NCBI GenBank assembly: GCA_028534125.1
Contig: CM052817.1
Location: 16,308,001-16,372,000, forward strand
Origin: Lama glama
Taxonomy: Eukaryota
Length of the DNA stretch: 64,000 bases
Reading direction: 5' to 3'
Positions 1 to 13,175 of the stretch are shown piece after piece; the first letter of the stretch is position 1; the number at the start of each line of letters is the position of its first letter. Made by a program: the position numbers and the translations under genes. The notes beneath the pieces are model-generated. The model searched no databases. It saw only the letters and a program-made list of their open reading frames with translations, and was not told the origin of the DNA.

Positions 1-1527
1 GCTACACCCTCCCTCACTAACTCACTTTTTCATGGAAGGTGTAGTCCTTTGAGTGCCCCAGCTTTACAGTAGGGTCTCAGTTGCAACTTCCCAAATTGCA
101 CAGGCCCAAAGACCAGTTTCTGGTCCCCAGCACAGTAGTCAAAGAATCTAATTTTCTGCCCTTAGCAAACACCCTCAGGGCAAAGTCTCAGCTTATCCAT
201 CACACCCACTTCCCATGATACCCTGGAAACTGTTACCCCTTTTTTGCAGGTATCATTTTAAAATGTTAGTTAGACTTTACCCAGCATTCTTAGGTTATCT
301 GAGCAGGAAGATTTATTAGAGTATCTGGTCTACCCATCATATGGCTAGAAGTGGAAACTTGGAATGATATTTCTTTTACAATAAAAAAAATTAAGTACAA
401 AAGAACCTATCCTTATAAAATGGGGAGAGTCTCACCTATTGACTTTCCTGAAAACTTCCCTGACAGGGGAAGTTCATAAAAAATTTTTGGCATTGACAGG
501 CAACTCCAAGAAAAATCCCTGCACCCCAGTGAGACTGAAACTAACTCTTAATTCACTACCAGAGTGAAAGGACATTATATATAAGTCAAGAACTTCCACA
601 GGTGACCGAAGAAAGCAGGGTGTAGGAGAATATCAAGGTGCCAGGACATAGTAGGTGCTCATTAAATAACTATATTAACCAAATAAAAAATTCATGCCCA
701 CTAGGCAATATTTTGGAAGTGGGCACTAGCAGAGTTTCAATAATCTGACATTTTTCATATCCTATTAGTCTAAGCATAGACACGTTTATACAAAAGGAGT
801 ATCTTCAAATATTCTATGGAGCAATCCTTAAATATTCAAAAAGCTAAGATCCATCTTCCCCTTTCCCTCGGTTGTAACTATTGCTAAGCAATGATATTTC
901 CACAACATTTGGCTTAATTTGTAGGTGGCTAATTTACAGAAATCTTCATTTTATGTTCTAATGTGAGAATTAAATGAGATGATTGATTCAGGCAAAGCAC
1001 ATCAGACTTAGCACATAGTAAGAGCTAACATGTTACGACGACGGTGGGGAGGATGATGAGAATGATGATGATGATGATGATAAATGATCTTTAAAAGCAT
1101 CTATGTAAAGTGTGAGGTAGATATGCCAAGTGACTGAACACTAAAATCAATGCAGAACAAGTGGAGCATTCTTTGTTTTGGACTTAAAACTTCAGACAGA
1201 GGGACATGGGTCAAGGCTGTTTACCTATATCTAGAGCATCTGAAAAGGCATCAGGTCTAAGCAGGAACTTAATAAATATTCCATATTTACAATAAACGTT
1301 AGTATTGCCACGAGGGTATCACAGTCTCATGAGGGCAACTCATAAGCCTAAGGTTTCAAATTTCTAGCATGAGGCCAAGATGGACATGTGTACCCATGAG
1401 TCTGAGATCTCTGAAGATCTCCCCACAACCAGTGCTCTCAGGCCCTGCTGCTTACCGCTGCAGAAAGAGAGATCCACACTCATCTTCAGAGCTGAGAATG
1501 AAGGTTATTATTTGCTCTGCACTTTCT

Positions 1528-1860
1528 GTTACCAGGGGCTGGGGAGGGGGCAATGGGGAGTTACTAATCACCAGGCATAAAGTTTCAGTCAAGCAAGATG
1601 ACTAAGCTCTAGAGATCTCCTCTCTAGCATTGGACCCACAGTCAAGCATAACATATTACACACTTAAAAGTTTGTTAAGTGGGGAGGGTATAGCTCAGTG
1701 GTAGAAAGCACGCTTAGCATGCACAAGGTCCTGCATCCAATTCCCAGTACCTCCATTAAAAAAATAATAATAATAATAAAGACAACTTAAAAAAAAAAGT
1801 TTGTTAAGTGGGTAGATCCTAAATGAAGTGTTCTTACTATAAAGTAGCAAATAAACAATT
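1528..1860 (+). mobile_element. L1MA/L1MB-type 3' end fragment, split by the SINE
   Basis: ACCAGGGGCTGGGG...AAAGTTTCAGTCAAGCAAGATGA...GGTAGATCCTAAATGAAGTGTTCTTAC motifs typical of L1M 3' UTRs. Confidence 0.75.
1681..1794 (+). mobile_element. Camelid tRNA-Ala-derived SINE (vic-1 type) inserted into an older L1M 3' end
   Basis: GGGGAGGGTATAGCTCAGTGGTAGA...CTTAGCATGCACAAGGTCCTG head, A-rich tail, TSD AAAAGTTTGTTAAGT at 1666-1680 and 1795-1809, TT/AAAA target. Confidence 0.92.
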
Positions 1861-2119
1861 AAAAACTTAATATCTTTTTTATGGCTAAAATAAATATAAA
1901 AATTCAAGCAATTAAAACATTAGGAAAAAAATTTTAATATATATCTGGAATTGGAAAGGGTGACGGATTTCCAAGCTTAAGTGATAGGAAGAAATTCTAA
2001 AGACAGGAGTACATACTTGATAGCACAAATTAAAATTTTCCATTTGAAAAAATACATATTTACGAAGCACATACTATGTGCCAAGTTTGATGCTATTATC
2101 CCGCCCCAACAGGGAAGGA

Positions 2120-2450
2120 GTCGGTAGAATGATTAAGAGCACAGATCTCTGGGATCTGTCTGCCTGGGCTGGAATCCCAGCTTTGTCACTTACCTTGAGC
2201 AAAGATGGTTAATCTAAGACTCAGCATCCCAGCCTTCAAACAGGCATGACAATCATAGCCAACCCACAGAGCTGAGGTGGCCATAGCTGAATTGGTATAT
2301 GTGCCCGGAACACAGTAAATGTTATGTAAGTCTTAGCTATTACTATCCCTACCTTCCAGATGAAGAAACTCGGGTTCACAGCAGTCAAATGTCTTAGCTC
2401 GTAAGAAGCAGAGCTGGGACTTGAACCCAGGCAGTCCAACTTGAGACACT
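2120..2450. mobile_element. Two MIR fragments in opposite orientation
   Basis: GATTAAGAGCACAG...GAATCCCAGCTTTGTCACTTAC (+) and CAGATGAAGAAACT...GGGACTTGAACCCAGGCAGTC (-). Confidence 0.75.
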
Positions 2451-2558
2451 CAACAGAAAGCAGAAACATGACATACAAACCCTCTCCCTGGCAGCTCTGA
2501 AGCCTCTCCTTCATACGTAAGTAGTCTCCCTCTGCCGCAGGCAAGGGCGGGACTGCCG

Positions 2559-2759
2559 GATTTGCAGATACTAACTACCATATGCAAGGTAGACAGTCCA
2601 CAGGGTCCTACTGTAGAACACAGGAAACTATATTCAATAACTTCTAATAGCCTATAATGAAAAAGAATATGAAGACGAATATATATATGTATAACTAAAT
2701 CGCTATGCTGTATACCAGAAACTAACACAACATTGCAGAAAAACAAAAACAAAAACAAA
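2559..2759 (+). mobile_element. Cetartiodactyl/camelid L1 3' UTR fragment, 5'-truncated
   Basis: GATTTGCAGATACTAACTAC...GCTGTATACCAGAAACTAACACAACATTG followed by an A-rich tail. Confidence 0.85.
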
Positions 2760-3275
2760 TGCATTGGAAAATTCTTAAAAAGAATTCTATTTGGTGGAGT
2801 GGGAAAAGACTAGACCAAGGGGAGGTCGGTCCTCCTGGCCCGCCCCACTCTTGGCCTGCCTCAGCCCAGCACAGTTTTGAAATGGGGGATGTGGACAAAC
2901 GGCTGAGAGGTGGAGAGAGAGAAGCCACAAGCCTCTCGCACTCAGCAACTGCTGCTGTGTTCAGATTCCCTGCCACGGATGCAGCCAATGGTGAGAAGTA
3001 GAAGGGGATATGTCTCCCCACCAATGCATGTGCTGTTTGAGAGCCCAACCAACAGTAAAAGACACTTCCAGGTACCAGGTACCATGCTGGGCACTTCAAA
3101 GGAACTTCATCTGATTCCCATGGCAACCTGCAGAGGCAGGTGCCACCCCGTTGCCCTCTGCACACGAGGAACTTGAGGATTCATGAGATCAGGTAAATTG
3201 CCTCAGGGCACCCAGTTAGACAGCAGAGCCAGGCTCAGCCCAGAGCCGGGTCATAATCCATCTATCCACACTCTC

Positions 3276-3603
3276 TGCTGTAGACTGAATGTTTGTGACT
3301 GCCACCCTCCCACGCCCAGTTCATACACTGAAACCTGATGGTATTAGGAGGTGGCCCTTTGGGAGGTCATAGGGTGGGACTCTCATGGATAAGGTATAGG
3401 AGACCTCAGGGAGCTCCCTCATCCCTTCTGCCATGTGTGGACTCAGCTGGAAAGTCTGTCTTGGAACTAGGAAGTGGGCTCTTACCAAACACACAGTCTG
3501 CCAGTGCCTGGATCTTGGACTTCCTGGCCCCCAGAACTGGGAGAAATAAATGTCTGATGTTTAAAACACCCAGTCTAATGGTGTTCTGTGACAGACTAAG
3601 GCA
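3276..3603 (+). mobile_element. MLT1A-like MaLR solo LTR
   Basis: TGCTGTAGACTGAATGTTTGTG start, GATCTTGGACTTCC...AGAAATAAAT, end GACTAAGGCA. Confidence 0.85.
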
Positions 3604-3849
3604 CCGCTCCGACAGTGCACACCAGACATGATGAATGCGGTAAAGTGGCCTAGGCTGTGATCACAACAAGCTTCTCTTTCCTGGAGGACTGGTGACACGG
3701 CCCTCTGGTCAAAGACTTTGGAGCAAAAGACACCGAAATCTGAGTTCCACTCCTCCTTGCTCTGCACTCACCAAGTAACTTTGGGTCAATCATTTGTAAC
3801 AACCACAGTGGATTGAGAAAGTCCTGCAAGCTCTACACTGTGCTCAGTG

Positions 3850-4016
3850 TTAGACTGTAAGCCCCATGAGGGCAGGAACAGGGTCTGTCACATTTACTAA
3901 TGTATCCTCAGAGCCAGTGCAGTGCCTGGCTCTTGGTAGGGACTGAAAAAATATTTGTAGAATAAATAAATGATGAATGGGTGATTGGATGAATGACTGA
4001 CTGAAGGAATGAATGA
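3850..4016 (+). mobile_element. L2 3' end
   Basis: TAGACTGTAAGCCCCATGAGGGCAGG...(TGAA)n-like tail. Confidence 0.85.
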
Positions 4017-4029
4017 AAATATTCTCTCT

Positions 4030-4290
4030 AGTCCTTATAACCACTCTAAAGTAAAATTTTAATCCCCTGTATGCAGGGAGAAAAATTAAGTTCAGAGAGG
4101 TTGCACCCCTATTCAAGGTCACATAGTGAATGAGTTACAGCTGGGACTCAAACCCAGCATCTCTAGCTCCCAAATCGTAGTCTTTCCTCTGTATTTCTTT
4201 TCCCAAAAGGAGACATGCCACTCTCCTACCTCACAGGGCTATTGTGAAAATCAAATGGATAAGGTATATGAATGTGTTTGGCAAACTCTG
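4030..4290. mobile_element. MIR fragments
   Basis: CAGAGAGGTT...CAAGGTCACATAG...GGGACTCAAACCCAG and CCTACCTCACAGGGCTATTGTGA MIR motifs. Confidence 0.7.
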
Positions 4291-6874
4291 CACTTGAAAA
4301 GGTTGATAATTGATTTTAACACAGAATCAAAGCCTAAAGCCAAAACTGCACAACTTAAGCGGAGTTTCAAGCTCTGAGGAAAAAATAAAAGGGTGTATTT
4401 GAGGGACAAGAGAGTTGTCGCTGGCTTTGAAATCAAATCTTACTGCGTGCACGCTGCCACCTTCTCAGGAGGTGGGTGGTGAACAGCATTCTCAGATTTG
4501 GAACTGCAGAGTTGCAAAATTATGCAAAGGGCACCAAAACAACCTTCCACCCAATGCGGGACCCTCGACAGATTGTCACCTCAGTGCTGATGGAACAAAA
4601 AAGTGACAGCTTCACACCAGGAAGAGGAATACTAGGGGTGGGGCTCAGAACCCACTGCATAAATACAGCCTGCTGCGTGCATCCCTGCCCAGAAGGTCTC
4701 ATGTGCCAGAGCTGTTTTTAGATTGCTGGGTGATCTGTCTAACCTGTAACTTCCATGGTTAAATCAAATGATTTAATTAAGCTTCTGCAGTAAATTAGAA
4801 TTTAGCAACACCTTATATCTAAGGAGTTTTCAACACCACGATCATCTCTATTTCTTACAGTAGCCTTATCCTCATTTTCCTAATAAGAACCTATATTCAG
4901 CATAGAAATTTGCCCAATAAAATCAGAAAATTAAAGCCGAAATGCAAAAGTGAATGCTGGCTAGATTTCTACCTTCAGATTCATTACCCTCCCTGCAAAA
5001 GTGGCTTAAAACAGATCAGAAAATAGAACATAACTGAATAAACTAATAGCCTTGAAAGCCTTTTTAAGAACACAAGTAGAATATCGGCCTACAGTGGCTA
5101 GTAAAGTAAAAATCTAAGTCTCCAGGTCTTAAGTCATCAGGACTGGAGACCTACAGGAGACCATCTTTTTGCAAAAAACTGAAAAATTGCCAACTTTTTT
5201 TAACACTGAAAAATCAAGGCAATGGAAAAATGAAAACATTATTTTAAAAACAGGTTCAAGAATGCTACTCCCAGGGCAGGGAAGCACCCAAATCCCTCGT
5301 CTCTCCCAGATTCAGCAGGGAGGGCAACTCAAAGCTTTCTGGGGCCAAAGCTGGCAACTTAAATGAGTGACTTGGGCATGAGGATGTGGGCCGTGCCAAA
5401 GTCTGATGGAGTAGCCTTACCTTGATGGGACACAGGCTTGGGTTGCCAGATTTTATGGTATTTTTTTTTAAAAGAAGCCAGAGGTCCTTTCTTTTTCAGG
5501 GTGAGGGTAAAATGTTCTGATTTTTCAATGTCAAATTTATGGCCAAGCACATACAAGCTGCCAATTTGCAACTGTGACCTTTCCCCTCCTGCATGACATC
5601 ACAGTACCCCACAAAAAGCCCAGATGACACCCTGAGGCCCTGTTCTCAATCCTTCACTTTAGAGTTAAACACATTTTCAAAAGGTCACTGAAATGTCTCT
5701 GGGCCTCAGTTTCCTTATCTGCAAAATGGACCTAATGATGTCTGTCTTGTTTATTGCAAGTAATTTTCCCCATGAATCAAATAAAGTAAGCTTTCAAAAG
5801 CAAGGGCCATTCATCTTTATGTCTCCAGGGCCTGTGCTCCGTCAAAATAAAATAAAATATAGATTAAAAGTTTGTTGAACGGAAAAGCACTCTGAAAATG
5901 GTGAAACATCTCTCAAAGGTGAAGTGTCACGCCATAAATGACAGTCCTCAAATCTTTTAAAGTTGTGTAGAAAGTTTTTATGTGGCATGTTCCCAGAAAA
6001 CAATGTATTTCCCCTCCCCACCAAAAACTCTCCCAACAAAAGTAATTGACAGTATCTGTTTAGTAACTTAGAGAGGAAGACAGAGAGAGAGAGAAGAGAG
6101 AGTGTGCTTTTATGCAAATCTGATTTCCCTGTAATAATCTAGAGCTATTCTGCTGGAAGGAATTATCTCTGCAGGCTGGCAGCTGTGGTAGGCAGTGAAT
6201 TAAAAATGGCTCTGTCTATGGGAAAATCTGTTCTGTAATCAGTGCTATTCTTGGAGGGGACATCAATCGAGTCCGGCTCCCATGATGCTCCACTTGTGTG
6301 AACGACATACAAGCGTGAGGTAGAAACTCTCATGACATCATGGCTTAGGATTCTACCCCCCTGAGAATTCGCATCACCACCCTGAGATGGGTGGAAACCA
6401 ACCTAATGGTGGCCTCCAACCAGCCAGTGTGGCCAATACCCTTAGTTTAGGTAAATTAACAATAATAATAATAAAAACAAATCTTTCAATAATGGTTTAT
6501 TCAACTCCACTCTAATGAACGGCCCAGTCTTAGGGTTATGTCAGCCGAGGGAGGCTGATGTGGGGTTTTAGGAGGTGAGCGGCCCAAACGAAAAAATGTA
6601 TGAGGAGTTGCCATACTGCTGGACAGACTTCAGCCGGACACACCATGGGGTTAACGACACTTTATTGCCACAGGGAGGTGCGTGCCTATGATGCACCTGT
6701 CCTGCTTTTATCTGTTTTCTATCAGCACATGCGTGGTCTGAGTTTCTTTGTTTATTAGGCTTACAGAATATCTCTAGCACATGTGTACTTCAATTTTTTT
6801 GTTTTAAATCTTATATAATTGACACATGTGTGGAGCAATTATTTACTGCATACTACAAACATGCTCTGTAGTCG

Positions 6875-6956
6875 TGGCCTTGGGTCCCACAGCCTTAACT
6901 TATCTCAAGGCTCTGGCCATGGCCTTGGGTCCCACGGCCTTAACTCATCTCAAGGC
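6875..6956 (+). repeat. Two-copy tandem duplication, period 45 bp
   Basis: TGGCCTTGGGTCCCAC(A/G)GCCTTAACT(T/C)ATCTCAAGGC at 6875-6911 and 6920-6956. Confidence 0.9.
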
Positions 6957-6989
6957 CAGCTCATAGGTTATTACAAGGTTTCTGCATGT

Positions 6990-7058
6990 TTCCTTTTCTT
7001 CCTCCCTTCCCTTCTTCCCTTTCTTTCTTCCTTCCTTCCTTCCTTCCTTTTCCTTCCT
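6990..7058 (+). repeat. (CCTT)n-like pyrimidine tract
   Basis: Direct inspection. Confidence 0.85.
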
Positions 7059-9044
7059 GCTGTCCTCATATACGGTACAAGCCTCTACTCCTGAGTCATA
7101 AGACACCAGGCAAGGAAATGCTTTTCAAGGGCTCTTTGTCCAGGGGAAAGGTACATGCCACAGAAAAGTATTTTAAAGATAAGCGACCACCACAGTGCTT
7201 TACATAAAATGTCATCATGCTCTTAATGAGACAACTGTTTGGTCATTAAAAATGCCCTGGCCCTGAGTGGTTAATTTTTTCAAGTTAACTTGAAGTCTCC
7301 GCACAACAGCCTCAGCCTTCACCCCACAAAAATAATTAGGCTGCAGGTGAATAAAGCCACTATATGCCTCCAAGTGAATCCTATCTCCTTCATCGGACCC
7401 TGGGAACTTCTTGGGAATCTGTGTCCCTGGGTTACACCTGAGGCGTCCGTCCTTTCCCTGAGTCATACACACCATCACTGTGTCTGCTCGGGGGATATCG
7501 GGATGTCAAAAAATTAAACTGTGGCTGGGTCTGCATGTGCACTTATATCCCTGTCCTTATAATAGGGTGTGAACATACCCTGATTTAAGTCACTCAGTGT
7601 CCTTTAAAATCACCAACAGCAATGCTAGGAATGCCAAGAAACTGTACCTTCTAAACTGGAACTAGTCTCCCCTTTCAAGCACTGTTAAGAAACTGGCTTC
7701 ATCAACGTGCAACGCCCACAAGCCTAGAGACCCACACAACTGGGTGCACACAGGCACACAAGGGAGGGTGAGGGTCTCCAGAATGTTAAGTCCTCCAGGG
7801 AGGACAGAGCTGGCTCCATTTAGCCCACAACAGGGCGGGACTACCTGCTTGAGACAGCAGAGAACAGCCTTGTTGAAAGGACATGGAATCCACTCTGGAC
7901 CACGTGAGACTGGGCATTCCCACCAAGACGGCTCCAAATAGCACCACAGAGATGCAAGAAGCTCTGTTGTGTCCTTCAGAAAGGTTCCTCGGAGAAAGGG
8001 AAGCATTTCAGCTACCTGACTGTGCCCCACAAGGCTCCACCGTCCAGCCCTTGTGGTTCATTCTCACGCAGCCTCTTTGCTTTGCGCTTATGGGTTCTAT
8101 TCTTTTGAGGCTTTTTTTTCCCCCAGCTATAGCAGCCATAGATACCGGGCATCCCCAGGCCTGCACCTGTCTTTCAACCCAACTCCACACCCTCTGAGGC
8201 TCTGGAAGGCTCCAAAGTCCCGATGAAAGGCACAAAAGCTCGCCTACATTATCACTGCAGTAGGGAGGCAAACTGGATGGCCCTTCAGGGTTAATTTAAA
8301 AGACAGCTGCATCCATTTTGCTCACTACTCTTCATGTATAAACTGCAAATTGCATTCGAAAATATTTTCTTTAAAATAAAATTGTCGTTTCTGAGCCTCC
8401 TGCAGGCACCCAGGGTCTGAGTAAAGCAAGGAGCACAAATGTAAGTAAGCCAGGGGGTGTCACCGAGCATCCTTCACAGAAAGAGCAGGCCACACCCCAC
8501 CGATCCTAGTGCATGACAGATAATGCAAACAGGGGATGTTAGTGTTAAAGAAGTCGGGAAGCTGGGGCAGAATCTGCCTCACAAGCCTTGGAATTCAGTC
8601 TAGTGACTCTGGATTTTAAAAAGAGGCAACAAAATGTGTGAACCCCTCATTTTGTCCTCCTTTTCACCTCGTTCTCTTTCTCATGGGTTGGTTCCCCCCA
8701 GGAATCCTGAAAATGAGAATTAATTCCTTTTGTGGATGCAAATTCATCAGAAGGCATTTACTCTCCGGATGTTAGGCACTGGGGGGTATTGCCTCAGTTT
8801 CCTTCTCTGGAAAATGGGGACGACTGTAAATATCTCTTTTATATATAAGGACTGGTATGAGAAATAAATCAGTTGATCCATGGAAAGTAACTGATACGAT
8901 GTCTGGCTCATGGTTAGCACATGGCAAATGCAGACACAGATATGGAAATCTAGACATTCCATTTCCTGAGCCTGCAAAACAGGAGGCAACAATTTAAAAG
9001 CTTTTTCTTAAAAGGCTCGACTGGAGTAAGGTGCTCTGGATTTA

Positions 9045-10185
9045 ACACCTGAACCCACAAGTCAGTTTTAACATCACCAGAGACAGACAAACCAATGCTG
9101 CGCCTTCTGGTGTGAGGCGGTAAGAATCACATCACCACCTGCCAAAACTATAAATCCGAACTTGACCAAACTTCTGGATCTAACAGTTTCCAAGAGAAAA
9201 ATAAAAGAGGCAGAGAAACATCACAGATGCAAGCAGCAAAATCCAGACTGTGGTCACTTCAATAGGACAAATGACCTGCTCCTTCAACAAATAGATTTCA
9301 AGCAAAGAGTAAAAAGGGAGGGAGCATCTTAGATCAAAAGAAACTTAAAAGTCTTATTCCCAAATGAGCCTGCTTTGGACAAACCAAATGTAAAATACCA
9401 GTAGGTGTGATGGAGCAATTTGAACACTAACTGGATATGTGTGATGTTCAGGAATGGTTCTGAATTTTTTTGTGGCTCCTCCCATTGAGAAGTAGTGTCT
9501 AATTCCCCTCCACTGACTCTGGCATGGCCCTAGTGGCTCCCTGCTCCAATGGAATGACGGAAGCAATGGCTGTAAGCTCTGAGACTAGGTCATAAGAAGC
9601 CTTACAGCTTCTACCCAAGTGACCTGGCACTCTCACTCCTGAGACATTCCTCCTTGGAACCCAGCAGCCATGCTAGGAGAAGCCCAAGCCACGTGGAGAG
9701 ACCATCTAAAGGAACTGAAGGGTCAACAGCCCCACCTGAGTTCCCAACCGACAATCATTATGAGTGAGCCACCCTGCATATCCAGCCCAGTCGTATCTTC
9801 AGCTCCAGCTGAAATCTGATTATAGTAGCATTAGAGACGCCAATGAAGACTGCCTGGCTGAACCCAATCAGCCCACAAACTTATGACAGAGAACAATCAA
9901 CTATTGTTTTAAGACAGTAAGACATTAAGTTTAAACGTGATTTGTTATGCAGCAAAAAAAAAAAAATCAGAAGACTTTATCTCTTAGAAATGTAGCCTTA
10001 AGTATTTACAGAGGAAATGATATGCTGTCTAGGATTTTCAAATTAATCCAGTTGAGGTGGGGGGAACAGTTGATAGAAGCTTGTCCATGTGCTGCTGATC
10101 ATTAAAACTGGGACACTGGATCACAGCGAGTGGTTACACTCGTCTTTCTACTCCTGAATGGTTTTGAAATATTTTCTAATGACGG
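9045..10185 (+). mobile_element. L1MC4/5-like 3' region interrupted by an MLT1 LTR
   Basis: GCAAAATCCAGACTGTGG...GGACAAATGACCTG...CTTCAACAAAT before the LTR and TATTTACAGAGGAAATGATATGCTGTCTAGGATT after it. Confidence 0.7.
9472..9955 (+). mobile_element. MLT1F/G/H-like solo LTR
   Basis: CTCCTCCCATTGAGAAGT...GGAACCCAGCAGCCATGCT...GAAGCCCAAGCC...TTGTTATGCAGCAA. Confidence 0.8.
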
Positions 10186-11901
10186 CTTTTTTAAGAGCTC
10201 TGGATTTTCCAAGACCACGTTTCAAGACTACAGGGGAAAAGAATATTAACTATTAGGTGAGTCTATGTAGTAGGCATCATAGATGTCATTTAAATGTGCA
10301 GTGTTGATAAGTTCATTGCTACCTGTCCAACTACAGGACGTCCATCTCAGAGAAGGTAGCAAATGGAGTTGAAAGAATCTGGATTCAAGAGTGGAGTTCA
10401 AATCCCAGCTCCACCTCCTTCTGGGAATGTTCTTCAACATCCCTGGGTTCTTCAGGTGCAAAAAACTTCTTTCCTGATGAAGTTGCCCAATTCTCAAACA
10501 GTTAAAGGAGCAATGTACCCTATAATGTGCTATTAAAAGCACAGACATTATTGTTGCCAGCTCTCATGGGAAAAGAAATCATTTATTCTCGAGGCCTTGA
10601 CAATATTCTATCACTAAAGATCATCTGCCTACTAGTATAAATGACATTAAATTTCTGTTCTTCTATCACGTCATATTCAAGAGCTGGACAGAGTTTTCTT
10701 CACGCTGGACGATGCATTTGGAGTGACCTGCTTAAAATGTAAGCCATGCAGGGCATGTAAGGTTCACTTTGGGGGTGGGGCACATCTTGAAGAGATAGGC
10801 ACTCATTGCCCAGGGCCTCAGAAACATCGCGCTATGTTTGGACCAGAAAATCGGGTGTACTGTGCAGGAGAGGTCAACCAAATTGCTTCTTGCTGTGGGC
10901 AACTCCACAGAGCACCCTGCAGAGTGTGCAGCTCAGAAACTATTTTAGGATAGTGGGATTATTCTCCCAAACAACCCCAAAGAAGCTAACAAGTCATAAC
11001 TTCACTAATAAATTACATTAATCCACAGAAATGGGTACTGCTATCTCAAGAACTAGAATTCATGTACATCTCTCTCTACATAGTGAGCATGGAGAAAACC
11101 AAATATTGCAGCTGAAGCAGAATTCCTCCATTAACTTGCCTTTCCATTTCAATGATCTGTTACTACTGAAATGAATTGTGAAAAAAAATTAATGAAATAA
11201 TCTAATATTAAAAAGTGGCTTAAATTTGCCAATGGCTTATAGCTTTCTAACGAAATATAACGTGTTAGGTAACAGCAAATAGCAATAAAACAAATGTCAG
11301 TATAAGACAACTCCTTGCCTTTTTCCTCTACTAGATTTGAAGCTTCGTGAAGGTAGGTTTCTCGTGTGTTTAGAGTTCCTACAGCATTAATGAAATGCCT
11401 CAGACTAGCACTTCCCAAAGAGCGTCTGCAGACATCCACACCACCTAATTTTACTGGTGTTGGATTTGTTAATGGTCTCTGGAGTCATGCGTATGTTTGG
11501 GAAAGGCTGGGTGGAACGACCTGAATCAAGTTTTTGCATTTGGTGACGGTTTTCTAATGACAAGCCTTGGGACATTCCCTCTTGGAACCCAGCAGCCATG
11601 CTGAAGAAGCCCAAGCCACATGGAGAGACCACCTGCAGGAACTAAGGAGTCAGCAGCCCCACCTGAGTTTCCAGAACTCAGAAGTTAATGCCACCATTGT
11701 GCATTTCTAAGAGGTACTCAGAAATGTTTTATTCAGAAAACCTGTCTCCAGCCTCCTGTTACTCAGAACATCTCAAAAGGAAGAAGGGGAGCTGACTTTT
11801 AACTCTGGGGCAGGAAATTCCTGTTTACTTAATGCTTTACAGCTAACTCATCGGATCACTGGACCACTATGAGTTAGACTGAGCAGATATCATTAACCTT
11901 A

Positions 11902-12730
11902 TTTTTTAAAATAGACTAGTTTTTAGAACTGTTTTAGGTTCACAGCAAAACTGAGCAGAAAGTATAGAGAGATCCTATATATTCCCTGTCCCCACCACAC
12001 TCACACAGCCTCCCCTACTATCAACAGAGTGGAAGCTTTGTTACATTTGCTGAACCTACACTGATACATCATAACCACCCCAAATCCATAGTTTATATTA
12101 GGGTTCACTCTGGGTATTATATATTCCATGGGTTTTGATAAATGTACCAGGGCATGTATCTAACATTGTAATATCATACAGAATCATTTCTCTGCCCTAA
12201 AAATCCTCTGTGCTCCACCTACTTATCCCTCCCTCTGTTCTAACCCCTCGCAACCACTGTTCTTGTTACTGTCTCCATAGTTTTGCCTTTTCCAGAATGT
12301 CATATAGTTGGAATTATACAGTATGTAGTCTTTTCATATTGGTTTCTTTCGTATAGCAAAATGGATTTAATATTCCTCCATGTCTTTTCATGGCTTGATA
12401 GTTCCCTTTTTAGTACTAAATAATATTCCATTGTCTGGATATACCACAGTTAATTTATCCATTCACCTACTGAAGGACATCTTGGTCACTTCCAAGTTTT
12501 GGCCATTATAAATAAAGCGGTATCATTGTGTTCAGGTTTTTATGTGGCTATAAGGCTTTAAATCATTAGAGAAAATATCAAAGACCATGATTTGCTGGAT
12601 TGTATGGTAAGAATATGTTAGTTTGGTAAGAAACTGCCAAACTATCTTCGTAAACAGCTGTACCATTTTGTATTCTCAGCAGCAACGAATGAGAGTTCCT
12701 GTTGCCCCACATCCCCTCCAGCAGGTGGTA
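11902..12730 (-). mobile_element. L1MC1/L1MB-type 3' end (~830 bp), inserted into a MIR
   Basis: TTTTAGGTTCACAGCAAAACTGAGCAGAAAGT...GTAAGAAACTGCCAAACT...GAGAGTTCCTGTTGC; degenerate TSD TATCATT(T)AACC on both sides. Confidence 0.88.
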
Positions 12731-12843
12731 TCATTTAACCAGATTTTTTTCTTTTAATGCGGGAACTGAGTCTAGACTCCAAATGAAGTGACTGGAACCC
12801 AGAACAAGTACGATTATTGTGCTTTTCTCCAATTCATTAGGGC

Positions 12844-13175
12844 AGGAGTCTAAAAACCTCAGGACTTAATCTCACCTACTGTTACTTTCCAACCTGTGAG
12901 CTAAGAATGGTTTTCACATTTTCAAATAATTAGAGGGGAAAAAAAAAATCAAAAGGAGAATATCATGACCTGTGAAAATCATATGGAATTCAGATCTCAG
13001 TGTCGATTTAATAGTTTTATTGGTACACAGCCACACCTATTGTTTTCCCATCGTCTGAGGCTGCTTTTGGCCCCCTGCCAGCAAAGTCGAATAGTTTCCC
13101 TCTAGAGAGTATGGCCTTCCGAGCGTAAAATATTTACTAGCTGGTTCTTCACAGAAAAAGCTTGCCAACCCCTGC
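12844..13175 (+). mobile_element. MER58B-like hAT-Charlie element
   Basis: GTGAGCTAAGAATGGTTTTCACATTTT...GTTTTATTGGTACACAGCCAC...AAAGCTTGCCAACCCCTG. Confidence 0.85.
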
